In this document: positions 12,825 to 23,221 of the stretch, in pieces
Numbering within the stretch: the first letter of the stretch is position 1
How the letters are laid out: the number at the start of each line of letters is the position of its first letter
From: Patescibacteria group bacterium
Lineage (GTDB): Bacteria > Patescibacteriota > Doudnabacteria > UBA920
Assembly (NCBI GenBank): GCA_013387205.1
Contig: WARV01000008.1
Location: forward strand, 128,136 to 192,135
DNA: 64,000 nt
Reading direction: 5' to 3'
Made by a program: the position numbers and the translations under genes
Notes under the pieces: generated by a model
The model's input: the letters and a program-made list of their open reading frames with translations, nothing else
The model's database searches: none
Told to the model about the DNA's origin: nothing

Positions 12825-12835
12825 GGGATTAAACT

Positions 12836-13468
12836 GAACTCATCCTATCCTTCTCTTTAGCAAAGAGAAGGAACCAACTAAGTAAGATTAGTAAATAATT
12901 ATCAGCTAACCTTTCTTAGCATGTTCTCCCTCTTTTCTAAAGAGGGAGACAGAGGGAGTTCTGAATTAGTTATGTTTTTAATTGTTAGATTGTTTTAACG
13001 ATTTCTTCGTATACACCCTCAATATTATTCAAGACATCATTATTCCAAAAACGGATGACATAGACACCTATGCTATTTAAGTATTCAGTTCTTTCCTTAT
13101 CATAAAGCTTATCAACTTCCAGATTATGCTGTCCGCCATCGATCTCTATACATAACTTTATTGAAGGGCAATAAAAATCGAGGATATACCTTCCAACCCC
13201 GTATTGCCTAAAAAACTTTAAACCCTTTATTTTCCTGTTTCTTACAATTCCCCAAATTTTCCTTTCCGCATCTGTAAGTCTTTTACGTAATGTTTTTCGT
13301 ATTTCTTTTGTTTGGGACTTGTTATAGATTCTCATGGAAATTCTTAACTCCTCCTGTCCTCCTCTTTTTTAAAGAGGAGGAACCAACTAAAACGCTAAAA
13401 TGATAATCATCACCACATCGTCTTAGCATGTTCCCTCTCTTTACCAAAGAGAAGGGCAGGGTGAGTTC
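12836..13468. repeat. Two ~125 bp hairpin-rich repeat units (12836-12961, 13346-13468) flanking DUF559
   Basis: Both contain CTCTTT-N3-AAAGAG hairpins, GGAACCAACTAA and TCTTAGCATGTT; their inner arms are also inverted repeats of each other. Confidence 0.85.
12985..13335 (-). CDS. DUF559 / Vsr-like endonuclease domain protein
   Basis: LRKRLTDAERKIW, KFFRQY, YILDFYC, IEIDGGQH, VIRFWNNDV. Confidence 0.92.
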   Translation of the reverse strand: MRIYNKSQTKEIRKTLRKRLTDAERKIWGIVRNRKIKGLKFFRQYGVGRYILDFYCPSIKLCIEIDGGQHNLEVDKLYDKERTEYLNSIGVYVIRFWNNDVLNNIEGVYEEIVKTI

Positions 13469-13470
13469 CG

Positions 13471-15144
13471 TTATTCAATTTTATACACCGCCATTGTGGC
13501 TTGGTTGAATTTATTGCGGTATTCGAGAAATAAACGAGCTTGCGGATGGTATTGCTTGAATTTCTTGATGTCAAAAATGCTGGATTGGGTAAAGATAACT
13601 TTATCGCCAAGCTTTAAATTGGAGAGCTTCCAGGAATCTTCCGGGTCAACTTGGTTGTATGGCACATTGCAAGGATCACTGAAATCACCATGCCAGTTGC
13701 TGGTTAAATAATCGGTTGTTTGCACCGAGAATTTATCGAGCACGAGATAAGTATGTTCCTTATCGCAATTTTGGACAAGATATTTACTGGTTCTGGTTAA
13801 GTCTGACCTGAAGTAATAAAAATTTTCCGGAGAATTTGCCGCATAAACAAAATACAAAAAGTAAGTCTGCAAAATTAATGCCAAGACAAAAGCCGCAGCT
13901 GCAAATTTAAACGCGTTCAGCACTAGCCTGGATCTTCTTGAATCATCCATGTGGTATTTGGTATAGACTCCGTGGTGCGCTTTTAGCACAATGCGGCAAA
14001 ATTCATAAATCGCCCATGCGGTTATTATAAACACGACAGGGATTGTGCCGATGGACCTAAGCCCATGGGGAATTCCTTCTGCCGTAGTGATAACAGGAAG
14101 CAACATACCCCAAAACCATCCGGTTAATAGGAAATACGGCCAAAAATGCTTCCTTTTGTTCGGCGCAAAAAAATACCAAATGCCGAAAATAGTGACAATT
14201 ACCAAGCCGATACCGAAAAACGGGCTGATGATTTGCGACAGGAAGGGGAATCCGGAAATGTTATGCCGCCAATTCAAATCGCCTTTAGTAAAGTAGGCAA
14301 GCATGCTTTCCTTTAAAACCTGCCCGACTGTACCGATTAAATTGCCATGGTTAAGCTCCGGGTTAAATACGCTAACCTGTCCGCTACGGCCGACAAATGA
14401 ACCAGGGTGGGTGTAAAAATATTTCGCAATGGGATAAATAAAAACTACAAAACCGATAATAAAACTGATAACAGGTAATTTATAACTAGAAGCAGTTTTC
14501 CAGAATTGTTTTTGCTTGATTTGGGCAAGCAGCGGCCAGGCTATTATCATAAACAAAATAGGAGCCATTATGCGGTAAGCGATGTATGTGTAAAAACCCA
14601 AGGCAAATGACGCGCCGGTAAGCAATGCCAAAATCATGCGATTTCTTAAAGTTTTTGACTGGAAACTGGCAATCAGCAAATACAAAGTCAGGGTGGAAAA
14701 GAGGGGAATAAGATTGGCGCGAAAAGCAGTACGTGACAAAACCACATACCAGGAATTTACAGCCATCAAAAATGAAGCCAAAAGAGCGATGTTAACGGAA
14801 CGGTTTTTGTCTTCGCCATTAAACATGGAAAACAACCTTCTGGTTAAAAAGAAAGTAATTAAAACCGACAAAACTCCTACTAAAGCCGAAACAATATGAT
14901 GTTGCCACGGACCTTTGCCAAAAAGTTCAACGCTGCCCCAAAGCATGTAAAAGAACAAGGCCTCCCTTCCGTTCCCGCGTTCGTAAAACGGCTGTAAGTG
15001 CCCTTGCTGCATTAAGTTAATATCCAATCCGTTGGCGGCTTCATCAGGGAATAGTCCGCCAGGCATAATGTTAATTTGGTAAAATCTAAAAAACACGGCC
15101 AAAAATATTATGCCGATTAAGAACAATTTTTGTTTCTGCGTCAT
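13471..15144 (-). CDS. GT-C membrane glycosyltransferase (family 39/ArnT-like)
   Basis: PGGLFPDEAANG, GREALF, LSRTAFRA, YTYIAYR, multiple TM helices. Confidence 0.87.
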   Translation of the reverse strand: MTQKQKLFLIGIIFLAVFFRFYQINIMPGGLFPDEAANGLDINLMQQGHLQPFYERGNGREALFFYMLWGSVELFGKGPWQHHIVSALVGVLSVLITFFLTRRLFSMFNGEDKNRSVNIALLASFLMAVNSWYVVLSRTAFRANLIPLFSTLTLYLLIASFQSKTLRNRMILALLTGASFALGFYTYIAYRIMAPILFMIIAWPLLAQIKQKQFWKTASSYKLPVISFIIGFVVFIYPIAKYFYTHPGSFVGRSGQVSVFNPELNHGNLIGTVGQVLKESMLAYFTKGDLNWRHNISGFPFLSQIISPFFGIGLVIVTIFGIWYFFAPNKRKHFWPYFLLTGWFWGMLLPVITTAEGIPHGLRSIGTIPVVFIITAWAIYEFCRIVLKAHHGVYTKYHMDDSRRSRLVLNAFKFAAAAFVLALILQTYFLYFVYAANSPENFYYFRSDLTRTSKYLVQNCDKEHTYLVLDKFSVQTTDYLTSNWHGDFSDPCNVPYNQVDPEDSWKLSNLKLGDKVIFTQSSIFDIKKFKQYHPQARLFLEYRNKFNQATMAVYKIE

Positions 15145-15238
15145 AAAGTAGGGTGTTTAGCGAATCCTTAAAAACGAACGAGCGTTTGAAAACAATCCGC
15201 TATTGTTGTATAATTTAAGCACTATTAATTATTATTTG

Positions 15239-15598
15239 ATGTTAAACGGCTTAAATACCCAAAAAATTTTTCGCGTTTTTGAAAATGTTTGGTTTCTCTG
15301 GATCGTTTGTTTGCTTTTAAACATTATAACATTTTTATTAGTATTTTACAAAATCCACCCTGGGGACAGGATTTTGGCTTTGCGCTATAACATCCTGGTC
15401 GGTGTCGAGTGGTATGACAAAGGCAATAATTTATATTTAATCCCAGGTGCCGGATTGGCAGTTTTATCCGTTAATTTTATTCTTTTTAAAGCATTAAACA
15501 AAAGTGGCAGGTTTCTATCTCTCTTGGCTTTACTGGTAACTTTCGTCGTGGAATCCGCGCTGCTGTTAAGCATTTTAATGCTGGCCAGGGTGAACTGA
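15239..15598 (+). CDS. Small membrane protein, about 3 TM helices
   Basis: Hydrophobic ORF with LRYNILVGVEW loop. Confidence 0.65.
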   Translation: MLNGLNTQKIFRVFENVWFLWIVCLLLNIITFLLVFYKIHPGDRILALRYNILVGVEWYDKGNNLYLIPGAGLAVLSVNFILFKALNKSGRFLSLLALLVTFVVESALLLSILMLARVN

Positions 15599-15687
15599 CA
15601 AAACAATTCACAATTGACGATTAGCAATTCACTGCTATTACTCCTGTTAATCGTCAATTGTGAATTGTTAATTGTTATTTTTAAAAT

Positions 15688-17358
15688 ATGTTCCGCAAAC
15701 GTACAACCAGCGAAAGATTATGGGAGATGTTGCCAGGATTGCAGTTCTGGCTGGTTTTTATTGGAGCCATTACACTCTCTTACCGCCAGCCGGTATGGGC
15801 AGCCGTTTTTATTATCTGCTTTGACCTTTATTGGGTTTTAAAAGCCGTTAATGTCGCAGCTCACTTAATTGCCAGCTACAGGAAGTTCACTTTTTTCGTC
15901 AAAATCGACTGGCTCGACATGGTCAAAAAGCTGTCTGATTTTAAATCGTACGGCGAATTTTTAAGCGGTGAAAAGCTTCAAGCTAAAAAGAAGCTGGAAA
16001 TAAACTTTTTTAAGGAAGAGCTGGAACGGATTAACCGCCTGCAAAATAAAGGCAAGGCAGGAGCCGGCTACCGGGCATTTTACCATCTTATATTAATTCC
16101 TTTCATGGATGAAAGCTTTGAAGTACTCGACTCCACGTTCAGCGCCCTTTCAGCGAGCAACTACGACAAGGAAAATTTAATGGTAATTTTAGCCAGCGAA
16201 GAAAGAGCGGGGATTGCCGCCCAGGAAATTGCTAAAAAAATCCGGGAAAAATTCGAAAAGAATTTCTACAAGTTTTTCATCACAACCCATCCGGACGGAC
16301 TGGAAGGGGAAATTAAAGGCAAAAGCGCTAATGCGAGTTTTGCTGTAGAATCCGTATTGCCGGAATTGCAAAAATTAGGCATAGGGATAGAGCAGGTGTT
16401 AGTTTCCAATTTTGACAGCGACACAATCGTACATCCCCAATACTTTGCCAGGGTCATGTATGAATTTTTGCTGACAGACAATCCGTACCAAAAAAGTTTC
16501 CAGCCAATCGCCATTTACAACAACAACATTTGGGACAGCCCGGCTATAATTAGGGTTGTTTCGGTCTCTAATTCCTTCTGGCAATTTACCGAGAGCTCGC
16601 GCCCCGACCGCCTGCGTACTTTTTCTTCGCACACCATGACGCTAAAAGCCCTGACAGAAGTAGGATTTTGGAAAAAAGACGTCGTCAATGAAGACGGTTA
16701 CATATACTGGCAATGCTATTTGCACTACAAGGGAGACTACCAGGTGGTGCCTTTGTTCATCCCGATTTCTTTGGATACCTGCCTGGCAGACAGCACGTGG
16801 CAAACCATGGTCAACCAGTATAAGCAAAAAAGAAGATGGGCTTACAACGTGGAATATTATCCTCATTTGGTGCCGCAAATTTTAGAAAGCCCGGCTCCGT
16901 TTTGGGACAAATTATACAAGCTCTGGCAATATATTGAAGGGAACTTCAACTGGGCCGCGGCCAGCATTTTAATTTCTTCCTTGGGATGGATGCCGCTGTT
17001 TTTGGGCGGAACGGAATTCAACAACAGCGTTCTGGCCTTCAACCTGCCGTTTGCAACCAAAGCCTTAATGACCATAGCCACATTGTTTTTGATTTTTAGC
17101 GTATATATAAACTTAATTTTGCTCCCGCCGCGGCCGAAAAAATACGGCATCAGCAGGAGCATTATGATGTATCTCCAGTGGTTTTTAGTGCCGCTGTCTT
17201 CGGTAATTTTTGGCAGCCTTCCGGCTATAGAAGCCCAAACTAGGCTAATGCTTGGATACTACCTGGAATTCTGGGTCACGCCCAAAGCCAGGAAAGGGGA
17301 AAACACCGGACTGACCATGAAAGAAATGCAAAGCGTAAAACAAATTTCTAATTCCTAA
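15688..17358 (+). CDS. Membrane-bound family 2 glycosyltransferase
   Basis: KGKSAN, FDSD (DxD), NED, QKRRW (QxxRW) with flanking TM helices. Confidence 0.88.
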   Translation: MFRKRTTSERLWEMLPGLQFWLVFIGAITLSYRQPVWAAVFIICFDLYWVLKAVNVAAHLIASYRKFTFFVKIDWLDMVKKLSDFKSYGEFLSGEKLQAKKKLEINFFKEELERINRLQNKGKAGAGYRAFYHLILIPFMDESFEVLDSTFSALSASNYDKENLMVILASEERAGIAAQEIAKKIREKFEKNFYKFFITTHPDGLEGEIKGKSANASFAVESVLPELQKLGIGIEQVLVSNFDSDTIVHPQYFARVMYEFLLTDNPYQKSFQPIAIYNNNIWDSPAIIRVVSVSNSFWQFTESSRPDRLRTFSSHTMTLKALTEVGFWKKDVVNEDGYIYWQCYLHYKGDYQVVPLFIPISLDTCLADSTWQTMVNQYKQKRRWAYNVEYYPHLVPQILESPAPFWDKLYKLWQYIEGNFNWAAASILISSLGWMPLFLGGTEFNNSVLAFNLPFATKALMTIATLFLIFSVYINLILLPPRPKKYGISRSIMMYLQWFLVPLSSVIFGSLPAIEAQTRLMLGYYLEFWVTPKARKGENTGLTMKEMQSVKQISNS

Positions 17359-17476
17359 TTTCTAAGCTCTAAACGATATCTAATTTCCCAATTTCTTAAT
17401 TTCAAATATTTTTTACATTGGTCATTGGGATTTGTTTAGAAATTAGGTCAATTAGTAATTAGGTTAATTTATTATC

Positions 17477-18562
17477 ATGTCCTATTTTCTCTTCTTCACT
17501 CTTTCGGCTATTCTAGCCATAATTTTAACTCCGCTTATAAAGCGCCTGGCAATTAAAGCCAGTATTTTGGACATTCCAAAGTCTGAAAGGAAAATCCACA
17601 AACAACCCATACCGCTCTTAGGCGGCTTGGCCATATACCTTGCGTTTTTAATTTCCACGTTGACATATCTTCAATTCGGAAATGTTGATTTCAATGTTGT
17701 GCCGCAAAAATTTTTCGCAGGACTGATTATTGGCGGACTAATTTTAACCATTGGCGGAATTATAGACGACAAATACGATCTTCCGCCAAAAATTTTATGG
17801 CTTTTCCCGGCTTTGGCTTCGCTAGGAGTTGTTTTTTCAGGAATCGGCATTGGCATAAAATTCATCTCTAATCCTTTTGGCAATCCGGTCAACCTTGATT
17901 TTGCCGTATTGGGAATTCCGTTTTCCGCAATTTTCATTTGGCTTTGGATGATGGGCATGATTTTCACCACTAAGTTTTTAGACGGGCTTGACGGGCTTTG
18001 CTCCGGAATATCTTTAATCGGCGGACTGACTTTATTCTTTTTATCCATTACGCCGAAAATCAACCAACCCATAACCGCCACTTTGGCAATTATTTTTGTC
18101 GGCACCCTGGCCGGGTATCTCATCTTCGCTTTTTATCCTGCATCCATTTTTTTGGGAGAAGGCGGCAGCACCTTTTTGGGCTTCATTTTGGGAACTCTTT
18201 CTGTAATTACTGGCGGGAAAATAGCCACCGCGCTGCTGGTAATGGGTATCCCGATTCTGGACGTTGCCTGGTCAATCACCAGAAGATTATGGTATGGGAT
18301 GAGCCCGTTTAAAGCCGACAAAAGCCATTTGCATCACCGTCTTTTAGATATAGGCTTTACCCAGCCGCAAGCTGTTTTAATCCTTTATGCTATTTCAGCA
18401 GTATTCGGCTTCACCGCGGTCTTCTTGCAAAGTTTTGGCAAACTGGTCGCGCTAATTATTTTATTCGTCTTGATGATATCTTTGGCCTTAAGTTTAGTAA
18501 TAATTTACAAGCGCAAACATCCGCACGTTCCAGAAAATGTTTTAGCAAACAGCAAGGAATGA
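17477..18562 (+). CDS. MraY/WecA/TagO-family polyprenyl-phosphate sugar-1-phosphate transferase
   Basis: PLLGGLAI, GIIDD, FLDGLDGL, IFLGEGGS, DKSHLHHRL. Confidence 0.92.
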   Translation: MSYFLFFTLSAILAIILTPLIKRLAIKASILDIPKSERKIHKQPIPLLGGLAIYLAFLISTLTYLQFGNVDFNVVPQKFFAGLIIGGLILTIGGIIDDKYDLPPKILWLFPALASLGVVFSGIGIGIKFISNPFGNPVNLDFAVLGIPFSAIFIWLWMMGMIFTTKFLDGLDGLCSGISLIGGLTLFFLSITPKINQPITATLAIIFVGTLAGYLIFAFYPASIFLGEGGSTFLGFILGTLSVITGGKIATALLVMGIPILDVAWSITRRLWYGMSPFKADKSHLHHRLLDIGFTQPQAVLILYAISAVFGFTAVFLQSFGKLVALIILFVLMISLALSLVIIYKRKHPHVPENVLANSKE

Positions 18563-18565
18563 TTC

Positions 18566-18622
18566 TAGAGTTGGTCTCAGAACCTGCTTTTAAGGCGAAA
18601 TGAGATTTTGGGACCAGCTCTA
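18566..18622. repeat. Inverted-repeat element, short relative of the MITE-like element at 53735
   Basis: TAGAGTTGGTCTCAGAA...TTTTGGGACCAGCTCTA arms; TGCTTTTAAGGCGAAAT core shared with 53752-53768. Confidence 0.6.
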
Positions 18623-18645
18623 AATTTCAAGAGAGGAGGAATGTA

Positions 18646-19005
18646 ATGACCAATGTTGGCGATGTGGTAAATTTTGGGAGTACTCTCGGATACATGGTTT
18701 TAGAAAGGGTGGATTCTTTGCCTAGGCATTATTTCCGAAGGGTCCCAATCAGCCATTGTAGTAACCACAGATGGTGCCATCATGCTTTTCAGGTCATCAA
18801 GGTCGGGGATAGCTGGACCACCCAGACAGACGGCCTGATCTGCCTGCAATACAGCACCAAGGTCCGGGTTGTAGCAATCGAAGACGAGTTCAATCCGAAC
18901 CCGAAAATCAACCAAGAGATTCTTAATCGGCTCAATCAGATAAAAGGCTTTCTGAACGCAGCCAAGAGAAGAAAAGCCGCTCTTCAGTGTAAAAATTTCA
19001 GATGA
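18646..19005 (+). CDS. Hypothetical orphan protein
   Basis: 119 aa ORF with strong SD (GAGGAGGA). Confidence 0.65.
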   Translation: MTNVGDVVNFGSTLGYMVLERVDSLPRHYFRRVPISHCSNHRWCHHAFQVIKVGDSWTTQTDGLICLQYSTKVRVVAIEDEFNPNPKINQEILNRLNQIKGFLNAAKRRKAALQCKNFR

Positions 19006-19167
19006 CAAAGAATCATCGCGTGATTTTACCAAGGACAGCATCCATAAGGCGTTTTGGCAGAGACCAAGGCGCCTTTTTTTATTCTTGTTGACGGATTTAG
19101 CCAAATCTGATAAAATAAATTAACCTATATATTCTAATAACTAAAACCTAATATCTAATACCTATTT

Positions 19168-19473
19168 ATGACAGCAATAATTGAAACCGGCAGCAAACAA
19201 TATTTAGTCAAAACCGGTGATAAAATCCAGGTTGAAAAACTGGCCGGTGAAGTCGGAAGCGTTGTAAAATTCGACAAAATCCTTTTTACTTCCAATGATA
19301 AAGATTTCACCCTTGGCAAGCCATATGTTGCAGGCGCCAGTGTGGAAGGCAAGGTCTTAAAGCAAGGCAAAGGCAAAAAAGTCCATGTCTTGAAATTCAA
19401 AGCCAAAAGCAAATACCGCCGCAAAATCGGCTCCAGGCAGCAATACACTGAAGTTGAAATCACCAAAGCTTAA
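19168..19473 (+). CDS. rplU: 50S ribosomal protein L21
   Basis: AIIETGSKQYLV, KFKAKSKYRRKIGSRQQYT; terminator at 19521-19548. Confidence 0.97.
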   Translation: MTAIIETGSKQYLVKTGDKIQVEKLAGEVGSVVKFDKILFTSNDKDFTLGKPYVAGASVEGKVLKQGKGKKVHVLKFKAKSKYRRKIGSRQQYTEVEITKA

Positions 19474-19708
19474 AACCGCTGATTGAACGCTGATAGCAAC
19501 GCTGATAATACGCTGAATTTAAAAAGCCAACCGTACGGTTGGCTTTTTGTTTATATAAATATCATTCCCGGAAAACGAGCGATCGCTCGAAATCCGGGAA
19601 CTGGTTAGAATCAATAAAACAGGGCGAGGGTTGAGCCATTCATGGACGCTACAAAGGGCATCCTTGGTCAGACCAAGGATGCCCTTTGTTTCAATTTAGT
19701 TTGATAAA

Positions 19709-20344
19709 CTAGTATTCTCTTCGCCCTTCAAGCGCTCTCATTAAGGTTATATCGTCTGCGTATTCCAAATCGCCGCCCATGGGCAGGCCGCGGGCAATAC
19801 GGGAAACTTTAATTTCTTGATTTCCTGATTTAGTGATTTCCTGATTAATTCCTCTTATCAACTTAGCTAGGTGCATAGCTGTTGTTTCACCTTCTAAAGA
19901 AGGATTTGTTGCAATTATTATTTCCTTAATTCCTGATTCATGATTCTTGATTCTATCCACTAACTTCTGGATACTTAACTGCTCCGGGCCGATGCCTTCC
20001 AAAGGGTTCAGCACGCCGCCCAAAATATGGAACACGCCGTTATATTCTCCGGTTTTATCCAGCGCCTGCGCGTCCAAAGTTTCTTCCACTACGCAAACCA
20101 CACTATGGTCGCGCTTTGGGTCTTTGTCGATATTGCACGGGTCAGATTCTGACATAAGGCCGCATACCGAGCAAAACACAATTCCTTGCTTTATATTAGC
20201 GATAGCTGACGACAAGTTGGAAATATCGATATTATCTTTTTTCAGCAAATAAAAAGCCAGGCGCTGGGCAGTCTTGGGCCCAATGCCAGGGAGACGGTTA
20301 AGTTCATTAATTAGACGTTGGAGAGAGTGAGGTAATTTTAACAT
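19709..20344 (-). CDS. recR: Recombination mediator RecR
   Basis: LPGIGPKTAQRLA HhH, CSVC, VCVVEE, ATNPSLEGETTA, GLPMGGDLEYAD. Confidence 0.97.
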   Translation of the reverse strand: MLKLPHSLQRLINELNRLPGIGPKTAQRLAFYLLKKDNIDISNLSSAIANIKQGIVFCSVCGLMSESDPCNIDKDPKRDHSVVCVVEETLDAQALDKTGEYNGVFHILGGVLNPLEGIGPEQLSIQKLVDRIKNHESGIKEIIIATNPSLEGETTAMHLAKLIRGINQEITKSGNQEIKVSRIARGLPMGGDLEYADDITLMRALEGRREY

Positions 20345-20418
20345 TAATTCAAGATAACAAGATAGCAATATAACAATTTAATATGTTATTTTGTTATCTT
20401 GTTTAATTGTTATTTTGA

Positions 20419-21807
20419 TTACGCCGGTTGTTCCGGCGTTAAGGATTGCATCACTGCCTGCGGGGATGTATCAAAAGTCTTGTCCAAATTCCTGAAACTG
20501 GTCTTATCCGCGTCGAAATACAAATCTACCTGCCCGGTCGGGCCGTTTCTATGTTTTTTGATGTGGATTTCCGCAATGTGCGGCCTGCGCGCGTCTTTGC
20601 CTTTATACATGTCTTCGCGGTAAATAAACATGACCACGTCAGCGTCCTGCTCAATAGATCCCGATTCGCGCAAGTCTGCCAGTTGCGGCACTTTGTCCGG
20701 CCTGTTTTCCACGCCGCGGGACAACTGGGACAAGGCTATAACCGGTACGTTCAATTCGCGGGCCAGCAGTTTTAGCGAACGGGAAATTTCGCTGACTTCC
20801 TGCACGCGGTTGTCAGTGCTGCGGCCTTCCATAAGCTGCAAGTAGTCGACTACGATCATGCCGATGTTATGTTCGGCCTGAAGCCTGCGAGCCTTAGTCC
20901 TTACTTCCATAATATTGCTGCCGGCGGCATCATCTATGAATATAGGCGCTTCGGACAACTGCCCCATGGCTTCGCCGATCCGTTCAAAATCTTCGTCGTT
21001 CAAATGTCCGGTGCGGATTTTCCAAAGGTTAACATCGCTCTGCGCGGAAAGCAGCCTGTCTACCAACTGGTCCTTGCTCATTTCCAAAGAGAATATTCCG
21101 ACTGGAACCTTTTGGTTAACTCCAATGTGGCGCATTATGTCCAAAGCCAAGGATGTTTTTCCCATGGACGGCCTGGCTGCCAAAATGACAAGGTCGGATT
21201 TTTGGAATCCGCCAAGCAGCGCGTCCAAATCTATATACCCCGACGGCACGCCGCGCAATTTACCCTTGTCGCGATGCAACTCGTCAATCCTTTCAAACGT
21301 GGAATGCAGCACTGCATTAATCGGCACGAAATTCTGTTTTAACTGCTTTTGGGAAACATGGAAAAGCTTTTGCTCGGACTGGTCCAAAATATCCTCAATT
21401 TCTCCTTCTTCTTCAAAGGCCAGGCCGGTAATTTCGCCGGCAGCATTAATTAAGCGACGCAGGGTGCCTTTTTTCCTTACGATAAAGGCATAATGCGTCA
21501 CGTGCGCTGCGGTGGGAACCGCGTTTACCAGCTGAGTCAGAAAACTGACTCCTCCGGCGGCTTCCAATTTTTTATGTTCTTCCAGCCAGTTGGTGACGGT
21601 CAAAATATCAATTGAAGTGTTTTTTTCATAAAGCGCTACAATGGCCTCGTAGATAATTTGGTTTCTCTTGTCGTAAAAATCATCGGCATTAATCAAATCC
21701 GCAATTTTAATAATCGCATCTTTATCAAGCATAAGGCAGCCGAGAACCGAATTCTCAGCCTCTAAGTTTTGCGGCGGCACCCTTTGGATTATCGAAGTTT
21801 CCGGCAT
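20419..21807 (-). CDS. dnaB: Replicative DNA helicase
   Basis: PPQNLEAE, AARPSMGKT Walker A, FSLEMS, VDYLQLM, LRESGSIEQDAD; no intein. Confidence 0.98.
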   Translation of the reverse strand: MPETSIIQRVPPQNLEAENSVLGCLMLDKDAIIKIADLINADDFYDKRNQIIYEAIVALYEKNTSIDILTVTNWLEEHKKLEAAGGVSFLTQLVNAVPTAAHVTHYAFIVRKKGTLRRLINAAGEITGLAFEEEGEIEDILDQSEQKLFHVSQKQLKQNFVPINAVLHSTFERIDELHRDKGKLRGVPSGYIDLDALLGGFQKSDLVILAARPSMGKTSLALDIMRHIGVNQKVPVGIFSLEMSKDQLVDRLLSAQSDVNLWKIRTGHLNDEDFERIGEAMGQLSEAPIFIDDAAGSNIMEVRTKARRLQAEHNIGMIVVDYLQLMEGRSTDNRVQEVSEISRSLKLLARELNVPVIALSQLSRGVENRPDKVPQLADLRESGSIEQDADVVMFIYREDMYKGKDARRPHIAEIHIKKHRNGPTGQVDLYFDADKTSFRNLDKTFDTSPQAVMQSLTPEQPA

Positions 21808-21996
21808 ATTATTATTTGTTATTAAGACCACTGATACGCAGATAATCGCTGATTACACTAATGTTTCTAATCTGTGTTATCTGTGCCATCAGTGTATCTG
21901 TGGATATATTTATTGTAGTTTTAATCTTAATTTCAGGCAATTCACAGGCAGGGGATACTGTGGATATGTAAATCCGCCAGTCGGCGGAGATGGTTT

Positions 21997-23046
21997 TTAC
22001 GCCAAAATGCTAATATTTTTAAGGATACCATCTAACTGTTCAAGACTATTTACCTGGCTTAATTCTTTGCGAAGTTCAGAGGCATTCGGAAAACCCTTAA
22101 AATACCAAAGCAGGTGTTTTCTAAGTTCAAGCATACCTCTGTCGCCCTTATATCGGTACACAAGGTGCGCCTGGTCCATTATGGTTTGGATTCGTGTCTG
22201 CAAATTTATTTCTGGCTTAAACTTCCCTTCCAAAGCGGATTTGATTTCTGCAAAAATGAACGGGTTGCCGAGAGAGCTTTGTGCGACCATCACACCATCA
22301 GCACCAGTGTGCTGTAAAGCCTGTTTTGCTTTTTCACCGGAATCTATTCCGCCGTTAATCAGCACGGTTACGTCCGTATCTTTGAAAAATTCTTTTACCT
22401 GTTTGCCGATATCCCAATTAGGCTGGCCGTGATGGACTTGCTCGTATGTCCTCATGTGCACTGTGACGTTTTCAAAAGGCGCGCCTTTAATGGCCTGTAA
22501 AAAATCCAAAGCCGTGACATGCTTGTATGAAGCGCGCAGTTTAATAGATGTCGGCAGATTAGCTGCTTCTTTTACTAAAGTAACAATTTTCTTTGCAGCC
22601 TCAGGGTTTAAAAACAAGCAGCTGCCCGCGCCGTTATTTATAACGCTTCTGGCTGGACAGCCGAAGTTAATGTCAAACCCGTCGGGATTAAACCTGTGTT
22701 TCAAGATTTTTGCGGCAATGGAAAAATGTTCCGGTGTCGGGCCGAACAATTGGATAATAAACGGCCGCTCTTCTTCTATAAATTCAGCGAGCCTGCAAGA
22801 CTTATCATCAGCCCATATGGCGTCATCCTGAGCACAGTGAAGCATCTCTTTATCTGATAGCGATAACGGATCTTTTCCGATTAAACTTTTTACCTTATAA
22901 TATAGCGCGTCAGTGGAAATAAATTCGCTGAATGTGATATCCGAGCCCCATTTTCTCGCAACTGAGCGCGCGGCAATATCCGTAACTCCGCTCATGGGAG
23001 CCAAGGCCACAACAGGCTTTTTGATTGTTTTCCAGGAAAAAGGCAT
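21997..23046 (-). CDS. tRNA-dihydrouridine synthase (DusB-like)
   Basis: LAPMSGVTD, QLFG, DINFGCP, INGGI, GADGVM, LRKHLLWYFKG. Confidence 0.92.
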   Translation of the reverse strand: MPFSWKTIKKPVVALAPMSGVTDIAARSVARKWGSDITFSEFISTDALYYKVKSLIGKDPLSLSDKEMLHCAQDDAIWADDKSCRLAEFIEEERPFIIQLFGPTPEHFSIAAKILKHRFNPDGFDINFGCPARSVINNGAGSCLFLNPEAAKKIVTLVKEAANLPTSIKLRASYKHVTALDFLQAIKGAPFENVTVHMRTYEQVHHGQPNWDIGKQVKEFFKDTDVTVLINGGIDSGEKAKQALQHTGADGVMVAQSSLGNPFIFAEIKSALEGKFKPEINLQTRIQTIMDQAHLVYRYKGDRGMLELRKHLLWYFKGFPNASELRKELSQVNSLEQLDGILKNISILA

Positions 23047-23221
23047 ATCTATTATATTATCTATAAATTATAGTAAAATCAACCCCCAAAAGAAACACGG
23101 GATCCGAAAAAAAATACTGGACCCCGACTCTTCGCCACGCTTCGGCCGGGATAAAAATAACATGTATACGCTCCTTGCCAAAATGGTCATTTTCTGGTAA
23201 AACATAGGTGCGGAGGAACCA

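Noticed and set aside
21899-21967. Two near-consensus DnaA boxes (TGTGGATAT) upstream of dnaB, or an origin of replication
   Set aside because: Each has a mismatch, one lies inside a periodic hairpin repeat, and there is no box cluster or dnaA gene nearby.
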